Shown: positions 1 to 10,091, counted from the stretch's first letter. The stretch: DNA of 64,000 nucleotides from Nitrospirota bacterium (GCA_963818475.1 CAWFSF010000006.1:1696001-1760000), one strand, 5' to 3'. Program-made: numbers and translations. The notes: generated from the sequence alone by a model not told the origin.

Positions 1-15
1 AATCAGGAGATACAT
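1..15 (-). CDS. 5' end of a gene running off the left edge (MYLLI...), probably the HyfF-like subunit of Ehr cluster A
   Basis: ATG at 15-13 on the minus strand preceded by GAGG; hydrophobic start; the order B-C-E-F in the other two clusters predicts F here. Confidence 0.4.
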
Positions 16-100
16 GAGAACCTCAGCGCGTTATAACAGTGAACCGTATTATTGCGATTAATGATAAGCTAACCCGCTTGGCGGGAGAGATTGGTTATTT

Positions 101-328
101 TTAGTTTCTTTTGACTAATTGAATATCTTCTGAATATTTCGCATAGTGGACGAGGCCCATTTTTCCGCTTTTTATCATAATGCCGTTCTTCAAGTAGTTC
201 CATTCTTGAGCGGGAAAATCGGCCGAATATTCATTCGTATCGATTGAGAAAACGACAACCCCGAAATCGTCATCTGCGATTTTCACTTTATCGCCAATTC
301 TGATATCAGTTCCATCCGAGTAGTGCAT
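101..328 (-). CDS. small hypothetical protein (75 aa)
   Basis: Clean ORF with GAGG RBS; AT-rich; no family recognised with certainty. Confidence 0.7.
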   Translation of the reverse strand: MHYSDGTDIRIGDKVKIADDDFGVVVFSIDTNEYSADFPAQEWNYLKNGIMIKSGKMGLVHYAKYSEDIQLVKRN

Positions 329-364
329 TATTTTACCTCAAACGGTTCATATGAAGTGCAGTTC

Positions 365-433
365 GTAGGTTGGGTTAAGCGAAGCGCAACCCAACAGCAT
401 TTGTCGGGTTTTACGTTGCTCTACCGAGCCTAC
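365..433. repeat. GTAG-type REP doublet (two inverted palindromic units)
   Basis: GTAGGTTGGGTT...AACCCAAC...CCTAC; close to the reverse complement of 25958-26026. Confidence 0.75.
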
Positions 434-457
434 CGACTTTTTCTTCTGCATCAGCAA

Positions 458-856
458 TTACAGTTTCATCACTCTGAGCGCCGTGCATTGCGCAATATAA
501 TCGAAATCGGAATCATTATGCAGCAAGGTAAGTTCGTTCTCGATTGCGACCGCAGCGATCAGGCAGTCAATTGTCTTTCTGATGGTTTTGCCTTTTTTCA
601 TGCATCGCCGGGAAATATTTGCAGCTTCAACATAGGTCGTGATGTCGGAAGGACCATACAGAGGAAATTCAAGAAGGTATCCTTTTGTTTCATTGTTCGC
701 CTTATCATCCTTTATGCCCTGCAGTATTTCGGTGAGTATAATACCGGTAATACAGAGGTCTTCCTCTTCGACGATGAGATTATGGAGAATGTCGCGATAT
801 GGAGTGTCCCTGCCTCGAAAGAAATCGATCCATACGCTGGTATCAATCAGGACCAT
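458..856 (-). CDS. vapC: VapC-family PIN-domain toxin
   Basis: LIDTSVWIDF start, D-L-IAA and LLHNDSDF PIN motifs; overlaps the antitoxin stop codon. Confidence 0.9.
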   Translation of the reverse strand: MVLIDTSVWIDFFRGRDTPYRDILHNLIVEEEDLCITGIILTEILQGIKDDKANNETKGYLLEFPLYGPSDITTYVEAANISRRCMKKGKTIRKTIDCLIAAVAIENELTLLHNDSDFDYIAQCTALRVMKL

Positions 857-1053
857 ACCCTGCTCGCCCTCATCTGGCTCAAGTCTCCCTCCCATTGGAC
901 CTTGCCTTCAAGTTCCAGGATGCGTTTTCTTCTTGCCTTTTTAACCAATTCCTCCAATGCGAAATTCACCAGCTCTTTCTTTGTCCTCAAGTGTGTGACC
1001 TTGAGCCCTTCCTTTACCAACTTGTCGTCTATATCAATGTTCGTTCTTGACAT
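847..1053 (-). CDS. vapB: VapB-family antitoxin (DUF2191-like)
   Basis: MSRTNIDIDDKL...TKKELVNFAL pattern; directly upstream of vapC. Confidence 0.88.
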   Translation of the reverse strand: MSRTNIDIDDKLVKEGLKVTHLRTKKELVNFALEELVKKARRKRILELEGKVQWEGDLSQMRASRVWS

Positions 1054-1069
1054 AAATTCTCCTTAAATA

Positions 1070-1109
1070 ATCATACACCAAATATAGCAGAATCGTGTGT
1101 ATGATACAA
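1070..1109 (-). promoter_or_regulatory. vapBC promoter with inverted-repeat operator
   Basis: TTGTAT-17 nt-TATATT on the minus strand, bracketed by the inverted repeat ATCATACAC (1070-1078) / GTGTATGAT (1097-1105). Confidence 0.6.
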
Positions 1110-1147
1110 GTGATCCCTTGGTGTAGTCCATAAACTTCAAAAAGCCG

Positions 1148-1186
1148 TCCCCCTCACCCTCCGCCCTCTCCCACAAGGGGTGAGGG
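1148..1186. repeat. short GC-rich palindromic element (CCCTCACCC...GGGTGAGGG)
   Basis: Inverted repeat downstream of hyfE of cluster A. Confidence 0.5.
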
Positions 1187-1214
1187 TACACTGGCGTATC
1201 GGAACATCTTGACA

Positions 1215-1881
1215 TCAATCCTCTTCCTTCAACCTCGCCATCTGGTCAACATCCAGGCTGTCGAAGGTGGTGCTGATATGGAAAAAGAACATGCCGAAGA
1301 TAAAGGCTGCGATCAAAAGATCGAGCGCCACGCCCAATTCGACCACCAGGGGCATGCCGTAGGTCGCGCTGGTCGCAGCGAAGAGCAGGCCGTTCTCCAT
1401 GGCCAGGAACCCGATGATCTGCGTCACCGCGTGCTTGCGGGTGATCATCATCAGAAAACCGAGCATGAACGTGGCAAGGGCCACGGCAATGGTCGAACGG
1501 GTCACGAGCGTCGAAAGTTCCCTGATAGGCGCAGTCAGATGATAGGAATAGATCACGAGAACGATCCCGATGAGCATCGTGGTCGGGATATTGATGAGCG
1601 AATCGATCTCTTTATGGATCTTCAGCTTTTGGACCAGTTTATGCAGAATGTACGGGAGGAGGAGGACTTTCACCGAGAGCGTCAGGATCGAAGAGATGTA
1701 AAGATGATGCGCGCCGCCCACAAACCCGACAATGGCGGTGCTGACGGCAAGCAGGAACCCCTGCCACGCAAAAATGTGGAGCAACGCGTTCATCCTCCGC
1801 TGCACCACCAGGGCAAACGCGGTGAGCAGGATCAACGCGGCGAGAAGACTGTTCAGTTGCGCTGCGATGGCATGGATTCAT
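1215..1881 (-). CDS. hyfE: HyfE-like membrane subunit, Ehr cluster A (1-nt indel just after the ATG)
   Basis: QIIGFLAMENGL and YGMPLVVELG motifs; GGAGGG RBS before ATG 1881. Confidence 0.85.
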
Positions 1882-1891
1882 GTTCCCTCCG

Positions 1892-2839
1892 CTATTCCAG
1901 CATGAAATATGACATCATCCCCAGTGTTGCAAAAAGAAAAGCGCTCCCGAGAAATTCCGTTATGCGGAAGATCCGCATTTTCGCAAGCCCGGTCTCGATC
2001 AGCACCAGTCCCACTCCAACAAACCCCAGTTTAAGCAACAGGACCGCGAGCGCTGCGAAGACGGCGAACAGATCATCATTCAATGCGATCCCCCAGGGGA
2101 AGAATGACGCGATCCCGAGCACGACGAACAGATACAGTTTCATCATCCCCGCCCATTCGATAAGGGCCAGGTGCCTGCCGGAATATTCAAGGATCATGGC
2201 CTCGTGGATCATGGTGAGTTCCAGGTGCGTGGCCGGATTGTCAACCGGCACCCTCCCCGTTTCGGCAAGAGCAATAAGGATGAACGCCAAAAGCGCAAAC
2301 ACGAGCGACGGCCTGAGCATGGCATGCCCGCCCTGGGAAATGACCGCGGTCATCTGGGACAGGGAGGTGGACTTGCCCACCAGCGATACGGCGAACACAG
2401 CCATCAGCATGGCCGGCTCGGCGAGGGAAGCAATGGTCATCTCTCTGCTCGACCCCATGCCGCCGAAGGCGGTGCCGATGTCCATGCCGGCCAGTGCCGT
2501 AAAGAACCGGGCAATGGCAAAAAGCGCGACCAGCACGATAACATCGGCTATCGCCGAGAGCGGCAGGTCCGTCGACAAGGTGGGGATAATACTTCCTGCC
2601 ATGACCGAGACGCCGAACACGAGGTAGGGAGTGAATCGGAAGATCCATGATGCATTCTCAGCCAGCACGACATCCTTGGAGAAAAGCTTCCTGAGGTCCC
2701 GGTACGGCTGGAAAAGGCTCGGCGAGGTCCTGCCCTGGAACCAGCACTTCATCATCTTCACCCAGCCTGCGAACAGCGGGGCAGCGAATAGAAGAAGTGC
2801 GACCTGGGCAACCGCTATGAAAAATGGATGGATGTTCAA
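1892..2839 (-). CDS. hyfC: HyfC/NuoH-like membrane subunit, cluster A
   Basis: QPYRDLRKLF, GSSRE and AETGRVPVDNPATHLELTMIHEAMILEYSG motifs. Confidence 0.92.
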   Translation of the reverse strand: MNIHPFFIAVAQVALLLFAAPLFAGWVKMMKCWFQGRTSPSLFQPYRDLRKLFSKDVVLAENASWIFRFTPYLVFGVSVMAGSIIPTLSTDLPLSAIADVIVLVALFAIARFFTALAGMDIGTAFGGMGSSREMTIASLAEPAMLMAVFAVSLVGKSTSLSQMTAVISQGGHAMLRPSLVFALLAFILIALAETGRVPVDNPATHLELTMIHEAMILEYSGRHLALIEWAGMMKLYLFVVLGIASFFPWGIALNDDLFAVFAALAVLLLKLGFVGVGLVLIETGLAKMRIFRITEFLGSAFLFATLGMMSYFMLE

Positions 2840-2887
2840 TCAAGATCTCCTGAACGAGTAAGAATGAATCGTAATAAATCTATGTCT

Positions 2888-2965
2888 ACCACGGAGACAC
2901 AGAGACACTGAGAACTGAATCACAAGAATTAATAGGTTTTCTCCGTGCCTCAGTGCCTCCGTGGT
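2888..2965. repeat. 9-mer-unit palindrome
   Basis: ACCACGGAGACACAGAGACACTGAG...CTCCGTGCCTCAGTGCCTCCGTGGT. Confidence 0.8.
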
Positions 2966-2986
2966 TAAATCAATGTTTATAGGTTT

Positions 2987-5029
2987 TTATGTGAATATCA
3001 GCAGCACAATGATCGTCACGAACGAATAAATGAGATACACCTGAATACGGCCATGCTGCATTCTTCCGATCCTCCGCGATATCCAGAAGCTCGCATCCGC
3101 GATCGGTTGATAGATCCATATCCAAAAGCGGTCCCGTATCCGGAGATGGTACTGCAGTCGCTCAGGAAAGGCACGGTGCGCGGTCTCCGGAAGCAGACGT
3201 ACGTGCTCTTTTATGCTGAAGAGAAAGCCGAAGATCCTGCGCAGGGGCATGGAAAAGGAAGTGGCAGTGTACTGCATCCGGTTGGTTACTTTCGCAAAAC
3301 CGCAGTCCCAGAGCGGCACCCGCCTGATGGCCCCGGGGCGGGTATGCAGAAGGAGGTACGTAACGACCACGACGGCAAGAATCCCCACGAAAACCAGGGG
3401 CGCTGAATAGGACGCCCGCTCATGGGAGATCGGGGTCAGCCACATCCAGCCGAACCCCGCAGCCGAGGACGAGATGGTGTCGCCCACCAGTAATTCGGTG
3501 ATGGGGTCCATCAAGTTGATCAGGTAGGTCGGGAAAACGCCGAGTCCGAAGCAGGTAACCGCGGTCAGCAGCATGCCGATGCGCATGGACCAGCGCACCT
3601 CATGCACCCCTGCGAGATGATGACCGCGCCGGTGCCCCAGGAACGTCACGCCGAAGGCCTTCACGAAGCAGGCAGCCGCAAGCGCGCTCGTAAGCGCAAG
3701 GAGCGCGGCCCCCAACGGGATGAGCATGTTCAGGAGCGGACTGGGAAGCGCGGGAGAAAGCAGAAAGGCCTGATACGTCAGCCATTCCGATACGAATCCG
3801 TTAAAAGGCGGCAGCGCGGAGATCGATACGCACCCGACAAGAAAGAGCGCGGCTGTCCAGGGCATGAAACGGATAAGCCCGCCCATCTCTTCCATGTTCC
3901 GTTCGTGCGTGGCGTGGAGCACCGCGCCCGCTCCCATGAAGAGAAGCCCCTTGAACATGGCATGGTTCAGCGTGTGATAGAGACCTGCAACGAGCGCCAG
4001 GGCCGCCAGCAGGGTCATATCGAAGGAGGTGAAGATCATCGCAAGGCCGATGCCGATCAGGATGATGCCGATGTTCTCCACGGAATGATACGCGAGGAGC
4101 CTCTTCAGATCATGCTGCATCAGGGCATAGAGAACGCCCAGGACCGCGGAAACCAGACCGAACACCAATACGAGAGCGCCCCACCACCAGGGAAATACGC
4201 CGATGAGGTCGAAGATGACCCGCACCATTCCGTAGATGGCGGTCTTGAGCATCACGCCGCTCATGAGCGCGGAGACGTTCGAAGGCGCCACCGGGTGGGC
4301 CTCGGGCAGCCAGATGTGAAGCGGGATCACGCCGGCCTTGGCGGAGAAACCGAAGAAGGCCAGCAGAAAGGCGGCTGTTGCCAGCCCCGCAGGGAGTTCC
4401 GTCTCGCGCATGGCGTCGAAGGTATAACTTTGGAACCCCGAGAACCCGGTCGCAAGCCCTGCCATGATACCGAAGGAGAGAAGGATCGCGATTGCGCCCA
4501 CATGGGCCACGACGAGATAGAGGAACGCGGCCCTTCTGTTCTCAACGCGTTCGTCTTCAAAGAGGACCAGAAAATACGAGGCCGCAGCCATCAATTCCCA
4601 GGCGATAAGAAAGAACAAGGCGTCGTCAGCCAGGACGACCAGCTGCATCCCGATGAGGAAAACGGAATAAAATACCACCAGGCTGGTGATCGGCCGGTGC
4701 CCCAGAAAACCTTTGACGTATCCGATGGAATAGATGGAGACAAACGTGGACAGAAGTCCGACGACGATGAGAAAAAAACCCGACAGGACGTCAAGCCTCA
4801 GATGAAACGGAAGATCGGGAAGACCGAGGGGAATGACGAGCTGGAATGTGCCGCCGCTTGCCACGGTCCAGACACCCGCAGCCGTGGCAAGAAAAGAGGC
4901 AATGGTTGCGAAGGAAAAACCGACGGTAATCAAGAGTCGCTGAGAATGGCGCAGCACCGGCGTCAGTGCGAGCAGAAGCAGAAACACTGCGAACGACGAG
5001 GCTATGAGGCTAACCGGTGCAAGAACCAC
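2987..5029 (-). CDS. hyfB: HyfB-like antiporter-type subunit, cluster A
   Basis: KAGVIPLHIWLPEAHPVAPS, LKRLLAYHSVEN, PPFNGFVSEW, WDCG and MQYTA motifs; 680 aa. Confidence 0.92.
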   Translation of the reverse strand: MVLAPVSLIASSFAVFLLLLALTPVLRHSQRLLITVGFSFATIASFLATAAGVWTVASGGTFQLVIPLGLPDLPFHLRLDVLSGFFLIVVGLLSTFVSIYSIGYVKGFLGHRPITSLVVFYSVFLIGMQLVVLADDALFFLIAWELMAAASYFLVLFEDERVENRRAAFLYLVVAHVGAIAILLSFGIMAGLATGFSGFQSYTFDAMRETELPAGLATAAFLLAFFGFSAKAGVIPLHIWLPEAHPVAPSNVSALMSGVMLKTAIYGMVRVIFDLIGVFPWWWGALVLVFGLVSAVLGVLYALMQHDLKRLLAYHSVENIGIILIGIGLAMIFTSFDMTLLAALALVAGLYHTLNHAMFKGLLFMGAGAVLHATHERNMEEMGGLIRFMPWTAALFLVGCVSISALPPFNGFVSEWLTYQAFLLSPALPSPLLNMLIPLGAALLALTSALAAACFVKAFGVTFLGHRRGHHLAGVHEVRWSMRIGMLLTAVTCFGLGVFPTYLINLMDPITELLVGDTISSSAAGFGWMWLTPISHERASYSAPLVFVGILAVVVVTYLLLHTRPGAIRRVPLWDCGFAKVTNRMQYTATSFSMPLRRIFGFLFSIKEHVRLLPETAHRAFPERLQYHLRIRDRFWIWIYQPIADASFWISRRIGRMQHGRIQVYLIYSFVTIIVLLIFT

Positions 5030-5090
5030 GTTGCAACCTCGCTCTAGTTCTCTGGCGCGTTAACGAAACGATCTCCCTATAAACCCTTTT

Positions 5091-5175
5091 ATCCGCAGAT
5101 TTTCGCAGATGAACGCAGATTTTAAAAATTAGAAATCAGAATTATCACTCCGCACAATCTGCGAAATCTGCGGAT
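5091..5175. repeat. 9/10-mer-unit palindrome
   Basis: ATCCGCAGATTTTCGCAGATGAACGCAGAT...ATCTGCGAAATCTGCGGAT. Confidence 0.75.
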
Positions 5176-5213
5176 ACTCTGTTGAACTGAGCTGTTGCAT
5201 CTGCTCCACCAAC

Positions 5214-5739
5214 TCATCTCGTGCAGTTATCAATGATCTTGGAAAGCCCGAGCAGGATGGCAGTCGGCGTCGGCGGGCAGCCGGGGATATGACCATCCAC
5301 CGGAATCACGTTCCCCACGCCATCGGTCACTGCATAGCTTCCCTGGTAAATACCGCCGTTCATTGCACAATCCCCGCAGGCAACAACGAGCTTCGGGTCC
5401 GGCATCGGCACTGTAGGTCCTTCTGAGCGCCAATTCCATCTGTCGAGCTACCGGGCCGGTTACCAGCAGCAGATCTGCATGGCGCGGCGAAGCGACAAAA
5501 TCGATGCCGAACCGCTGGATATCGTAGATGGGATTCATGAGCGCAATGCCTTCCCACTCACAGGCATTGCAGGACCCCGCATCCACAAATCTGATCCTGA
5601 GTGATCTATGGAAGATTGTATCAATTTTCCGCTGGAAGTCAATGATCTTCGCCGCCTGATCGGGCGTGACATTGAATCCCTCAGGAAAAGGGATGGCCTT
5701 CTTTTTTGTAAATACGTTTTTGAATATCTCTTTCAGCAT
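5214..5739 (-). CDS. ehrS: Ehr small subunit (NuoB/HyfI-like), cluster B; frameshift near 5410
   Basis: DAGSCNACE and ASPRHADLLLVTG in one frame; VACGDCA and IPGCPP in the next. Confidence 0.85.
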
Positions 5740-5767
5740 AGTTTAACCTTGTACTCAGTGTTTATCT

Positions 5768-5802
5768 GACCCTGGACCCTGAACCCCGACCCCTGAACCC
5801 TG
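5768..5802. repeat. heptamer tandem repeat (about ACCCTGA x5)
   Basis: gaccctggaccctgaaccccgacccctgaaccctg between the large- and small-subunit genes. Confidence 0.6.
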
Positions 5803-5807
5803 CCGTT

Positions 5808-7376
5808 CTACATATCCGTTCCCGAGTACGACAGATTAAAACTCTTATTGCACAAGGGGAAATCCGGCACGATGTTGCCATGCACGGCGAAGGGCACCGC
5901 CGGCCAGTTGCAGTATGAAGGCGATCGGAGTTTCACCCTGAGCGGCTTGCCGTCCCTGTCAGCCATGACCCAGTAGAACAGCGAACCCCGCGGCGTTTCA
6001 ACATACCCTAAAGCGGAGGCATAAGCCGGCACTGCTTTAAGCGGTACGGCCAGTTCGCCTTTGTAACCGCTTTCCATCAGCGCCTGGATCATGGAGATCG
6101 AGCACTCCGTTTCCTCTGCCCTGATCATCATGCGTGCGAGCACATCGCCCTGTTCATACGTGTGGGCCTCAAATATCAGCCTGTCGTAGAGCAGATGCGG
6201 ATGGGATTTCCTGATATCATCGGGCAGTCCCGAGGCGCGTGCGGCCACTCCCGTGACCCCCAGTTTTCGGGCGATGTCCTTGGACAGCCGGCCGGTGTTC
6301 GTGATCCGTTCCATGTGAGAGACTGACCCGATCAGGAGCTGCATAAGGTCCTTGTATTCCTTCGTAGCCCAATCCAGGGTCTTCAGGATATCATCGGCCT
6401 GAGCGTAGACATCCCGCGTGACGCCGCCCACGACGTTCACCCCGCGCAGAAACCTGCTGTTGGTCAGCCGCTCGTTCAGCTGCATGAGCCGTTCTTTGAT
6501 GACCGCTCCCTTGGCGTACCCAACGGCCAGTCCCGTTCCCGCGCACATGTACCCGATATCGCCGATGTGGTTGTACAGGCGCTCAAGTTCAAGGACCAGT
6601 GTTCTGACGGCTGCTGCTTTTTCCGTGATCTCGATGCCCATCATCCGCTCGACGGCCATGCAGTATGCTGCTCCATGGGAAAAGGAAGACGTGCCGGACA
6701 CACGCTCGGCGAGCCTGACACCATCGATGAAGCCAAGTCGCTCAAACTGCTTTTCCGTGCCTTTGTGGGTGTAGAACAACCGCGGCTCAAGAAAGAAGAT
6801 GGTTTCCCCGATAGCGCTGAACCGGAAATGGCCGGGTTCGATAATGCCGGCATGCACCGGGCCGACCGGGATCTGGACGATTCCCTCGCCCGTGACCTCC
6901 AGAAAGGGATGGGGTACCTTGATCGCCGTCCCCTCGCCCCACTCTTTTTTCTCCGGATCGGAGATGCTCCAATCCTTGCGGAGCGGATGGCCGCCTGCGG
7001 GAAAGGCCTCGTGAAATACAAGCCTGCGCGGGTCGGGATGCCCGATGGGAACGAGTCCGAGGAGGTCGCTGATCTCCCGTTCGTACCAGTGAGCAGCCGG
7101 GATCATCGGCGTGAGAGAGGGAAATGACGCAACGTCCTCTTTCACCGGCAGAACAATAAACGTGAAGGTGTCGGCGCCGGGGATCGTAAACACGGCATAG
7201 ATCCGGAACAATCCGTCCTTTTCCCGTTCGTCCGCTGCGAACATGAGCCGCAGGAGCGCATGCTGCTTCATGACGAGCGAGACGCAGACCTCCCTGAAAT
7301 CAGTGCTGTCGACTTCGACGTAGACTTCATTGAGCTGGTCCCGCCTGGCACGTCCTTTATTGAAAATACTTTCCAT
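5808..7376 (-). CDS. ehrL: Ehr large subunit (NuoC+NuoD/HyfG-like) lacking NiFe cysteines, cluster B
   Basis: WYEREI, GPVHAGIIEPGHFRF, ELERLYNH and ETPRG motifs; L1 region reads ERVSGTS and the C-terminus PDFPLCNKSFNLSYSGTD, with no CxxC pairs. Confidence 0.9.
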   Translation of the reverse strand: MESIFNKGRARRDQLNEVYVEVDSTDFREVCVSLVMKQHALLRLMFAADEREKDGLFRIYAVFTIPGADTFTFIVLPVKEDVASFPSLTPMIPAAHWYEREISDLLGLVPIGHPDPRRLVFHEAFPAGGHPLRKDWSISDPEKKEWGEGTAIKVPHPFLEVTGEGIVQIPVGPVHAGIIEPGHFRFSAIGETIFFLEPRLFYTHKGTEKQFERLGFIDGVRLAERVSGTSSFSHGAAYCMAVERMMGIEITEKAAAVRTLVLELERLYNHIGDIGYMCAGTGLAVGYAKGAVIKERLMQLNERLTNSRFLRGVNVVGGVTRDVYAQADDILKTLDWATKEYKDLMQLLIGSVSHMERITNTGRLSKDIARKLGVTGVAARASGLPDDIRKSHPHLLYDRLIFEAHTYEQGDVLARMMIRAEETECSISMIQALMESGYKGELAVPLKAVPAYASALGYVETPRGSLFYWVMADRDGKPLRVKLRSPSYCNWPAVPFAVHGNIVPDFPLCNKSFNLSYSGTDM

Positions 7377-7378
7377 AC

Positions 7379-8860
7379 TTATTTCATTCCCAGAACCAGC
7401 ACGCAGGTCCTGATCGTCCCGTCAATGAACCCGGGGATCCTGATGCCCATCACGATGATTGCAGCAGCCATGGCGATCATGACCACATTGCCAAGTATGT
7501 TGCCCATGCCGAAACGCGACGCCTGCCAGCGTGCGGTGTTCGCTGCATCCATTGCGACCGGGGCGCCGAAAAGCATCTTTCCGAACGCGGAAAGCACGCC
7601 GTAGAAAACCAGCGCTATAAAGAAAAGGAAAACGCCTACCACGGGCCACAGACCCTTGTCCACGGCAGCCTTCAGGATCGTAAACTCGCTCATGAAAATA
7701 TTGAACGGCGGCGTTCCAGACAGGGCCAGGGCGCCGATGAACGTGAGCGTCCCGAGGAGCGGCATGGTTGAAAGCACCCCGTTCACATTCGCGATGTTCG
7801 TGGAGCCGAACCGCGCCTGGATCTTCCCGGAAGCAAAGAACATAAGGGGTTTCGCAAAGGTATTGCTCAGGACATGGAGCAATGCGCCATAAACGCCGAC
7901 GGGCCCGCCGATACCGACACCAAGAACGATGATGCCCATGTGCTCGACGCTGCTGTAGGCAAGCAGCCGCTTGAAGTTGTTCTGGACCAGGATGAATACG
8001 GCCGCAATACCCACGGAGATGAGGCCGAAAATGATGAGCAGGTTGCCGGTGAAGACATCGCCGGTCGACGGTTCCACGATCGAGACAAAGCGCATGATGG
8101 CGTAGAACGCGGTCCAGCCGGGCAAGAGAGCGCTGATCGGGCTCGGAGCCTCACCCTGAGCATCAGGGAGCCAGTTGTGTATTGGCGCAAGTCCGGCCTT
8201 GGTCCCGTATCCCACGAGCACAAAGATGAACGCGAGCTTCATCGTCTCGGGGTTCAGCTTCGGAGCAATGCCTTTGAGCACCGTCCAGTTCAACGCGCCT
8301 TCAGCGCCCGTGACCGCGGTCGAGGCATAGTAGGTAATGAACGTGCCGAGGAGCGCGAACGTGATACCCACGGTGCAGAGGACGATATATTTCCACGCAG
8401 CCTCAACAGCGAGCGGCCGCTTGCGAAAACCGAGTCCGATGAGAAGCGCCGAGACGATCGTCGTTGCCTCCATCCCGATCCACATGAGCGCGAGGTTGTT
8501 CGCCATGGACACCAGCAGCATGGTGAACACAAAAATATGAAAAAGGCCGTAATAACGCCGCATGCCACGGAAATCAATAAGCCCGGCAATAAGCTCATTA
8601 TCGAGATAACCGATCGAATAAACCGCCGATGCCAGGCTGTACAGGATCATCAACCCCATGATGTAGGCCGAAAATGCATCCATGAAGAGCGCGCCCTTTG
8701 CCGCGGTGACGGGCGTGGACACCGCGCCGATGATGATCGGTGCGGCATAGGCCGCAAGCGCAACAATACCAGCAAGGTTCGCATAGCCGATCAGCCGCGG
8801 ACTCTTCACCACGTAGCATGCCATGGCGGTTACCAAGGGAATGAGCAATATGATTAGCAC
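7379..8860 (-). CDS. hyfF: HyfF-like antiporter-type subunit, cluster B
   Basis: EATT, EAAWKY, GYGTKAGLAP and KRLLAYSSVEHMG motifs; GTG start at 8860 (the longer ORF start lies inside the repeat). Confidence 0.88.
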   Translation of the reverse strand: MLIILLIPLVTAMACYVVKSPRLIGYANLAGIVALAAYAAPIIIGAVSTPVTAAKGALFMDAFSAYIMGLMILYSLASAVYSIGYLDNELIAGLIDFRGMRRYYGLFHIFVFTMLLVSMANNLALMWIGMEATTIVSALLIGLGFRKRPLAVEAAWKYIVLCTVGITFALLGTFITYYASTAVTGAEGALNWTVLKGIAPKLNPETMKLAFIFVLVGYGTKAGLAPIHNWLPDAQGEAPSPISALLPGWTAFYAIMRFVSIVEPSTGDVFTGNLLIIFGLISVGIAAVFILVQNNFKRLLAYSSVEHMGIIVLGVGIGGPVGVYGALLHVLSNTFAKPLMFFASGKIQARFGSTNIANVNGVLSTMPLLGTLTFIGALALSGTPPFNIFMSEFTILKAAVDKGLWPVVGVFLFFIALVFYGVLSAFGKMLFGAPVAMDAANTARWQASRFGMGNILGNVVMIAMAAAIIVMGIRIPGFIDGTIRTCVLVLGMK

Positions 8861-9010
8861 GTTGGTCGTTTCACTCCGTTGCACTCCGTACTCCATTGGA
8901 AATTGGAAAATGAAGATTGGAAATTTCAAATTTTAAAGCTACAGCACGTGTTCTTTTTAACCTTCAATTTCCAATCTTCAATTTTCAATTCGGCATTCAA
9001 AGAATGCCGG
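8861..9010. repeat. inverted heptamer-array element without a gene (ATTGAAG/ATTGGAA arms)
   Basis: On the sense strand: stop, GC hairpin, left arm, about 30-nt spacer, complementary right arm, GGAG...CGACC, start. Confidence 0.8.
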
Positions 9011-9670
9011 CTATCCTTTCAGCACCGTCAGTTTGTCCAGATCGGCCGTAGCAAAGGTCCGCCGGATCTGCACCGCAAAGATGCCGAGAATGATCACGCC
9101 CATCAGCATATCAAACAACACCCCGAGTTCGATGATCGTCGGCATCCCGAAGGTCAGGGAAAAACCGGCGAGGAACAGGCCGTTTTCCATGAACAGCAAT
9201 CCCATGACCATCGTCAGGGCCTTCTTTCTCGTGATCATGATAAAAAGACTGATAAGGATCACCGCAATCGCTATCTGGAGCACATTCCGGGAAAATCCCG
9301 TGACCGTGATGCCGGTCTTGAGCGATGCATACACCACGGCAACAAGGATGCTCGATACGGCAAGCGAAAGCGTATTGCTGATAGAGGGCTGTATAATATG
9401 GGTCACCCGCATCTGGCGCACGATCTTTCGCAGAAAAAGCGGGATCAAAACACCCTTTGTCGCAAGCGTGAGCAGGGCCGCGACATAGAGATGCGACTCG
9501 TCAACGAGGATTGCCACCACGGCGACAAGGCATGCCAGGAGCCAGGAGTTGATCGTATATGCCTTCACATAGGATTCGATGCTCTTAAAAGCATTCAGCG
9601 TAACCGCTGTCAGAAGAAGACCGACAGAGATGAAATCAACTATGGAATAAGCCTCGAGCCATGATTTCAT
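9011..9670 (-). CDS. hyfE: HyfE-like subunit, cluster B
   Basis: MENGLFL and FGMPTIIELGVLFD motifs; ATG 9670 after GGAG. Confidence 0.88.
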   Translation of the reverse strand: MKSWLEAYSIVDFISVGLLLTAVTLNAFKSIESYVKAYTINSWLLACLVAVVAILVDESHLYVAALLTLATKGVLIPLFLRKIVRQMRVTHIIQPSISNTLSLAVSSILVAVVYASLKTGITVTGFSRNVLQIAIAVILISLFIMITRKKALTMVMGLLFMENGLFLAGFSLTFGMPTIIELGVLFDMLMGVIILGIFAVQIRRTFATADLDKLTVLKG

Positions 9671-9726
9671 GTCGCTGCGCTCCATTGGAAATTGAAGATT
9701 GGAAATTGGAAATTTAAAATTTGCGA
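9671..9726. repeat. heptamer right arm plus RBS; direct repeat of 10093-10141
   Basis: 37 identical bp at 9671-9707 and 10093-10129. Confidence 0.85.
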
Positions 9727-9731
9727 GACCC

Positions 9732-10091
9732 TCATTTATTCTTTTTTGCCGTGATGAGCGATTTAGCGATAATATTAATAAGTTGTTTTGTCTCTTCAAT
9801 GAGCGCGTGCAAATCGATATCCTGGAGCATTTCTGCTCTCTGCAATAGTTTTAACCAGTAATGTGATTCGCGCAGTTCCTTCAGTACTATCTGAAGTTTG
9901 TGGATGAAATCAGCCTTGCTCGACGCACCACACGCTTCTTCATAATTGGCGCCTGTTGAGGTCGCGGACCGGAATAACTGTCCTGCCACGTGTTTGCCAG
10001 GCAATGAGGCATCAAGTTTCATGGTGAGCTTGAATATCGACGCACCATAATCGAGTAAGCGTTCTGCAAGCTTATTGGCCTGGTTTTCCAT
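9732..10091 (-). CDS. four-helix-bundle protein (TIGR02436 / 23S-IVS-protein family)
   Basis: QLFRSATSTGANYEEA, SKADFIHKLQIVLKELRESHYWL and ETKQLINI signature; 119 aa. Confidence 0.9.
   Translation of the reverse strand: MENQANKLAERLLDYGASIFKLTMKLDASLPGKHVAGQLFRSATSTGANYEEACGASSKADFIHKLQIVLKELRESHYWLKLLQRAEMLQDIDLHALIEETKQLINIIAKSLITAKKNK

Noticed and set aside
1209-5047. Long antisense ORFs (such as 1209-2627, 3602-5047, 18060-19553 and 61507-63000)
   Set aside because: They are shadows of GC-rich genes on the opposite strand and show no motifs.
5808-7376. Group 4 [NiFe]-hydrogenase or formate hydrogenlyase
   Set aside because: The large subunit lacks both Ni-binding CxxC motifs (as does 19538-21084), and there are no hyp or fdh genes here.
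8861-8929. N-terminal extensions such as MKFPIFIFQFP on hyfF, hyfE and the four-helix-bundle ORF
   Set aside because: They are translations of the heptamer repeats; RBS-linked starts lie at 8860, 9670 and 10091.
9732-10091. Diversity-generating retroelement (Avd) or rRNA intervening sequence
   Set aside because: No reverse transcriptase, TR/VR pair or rRNA gene in the window.
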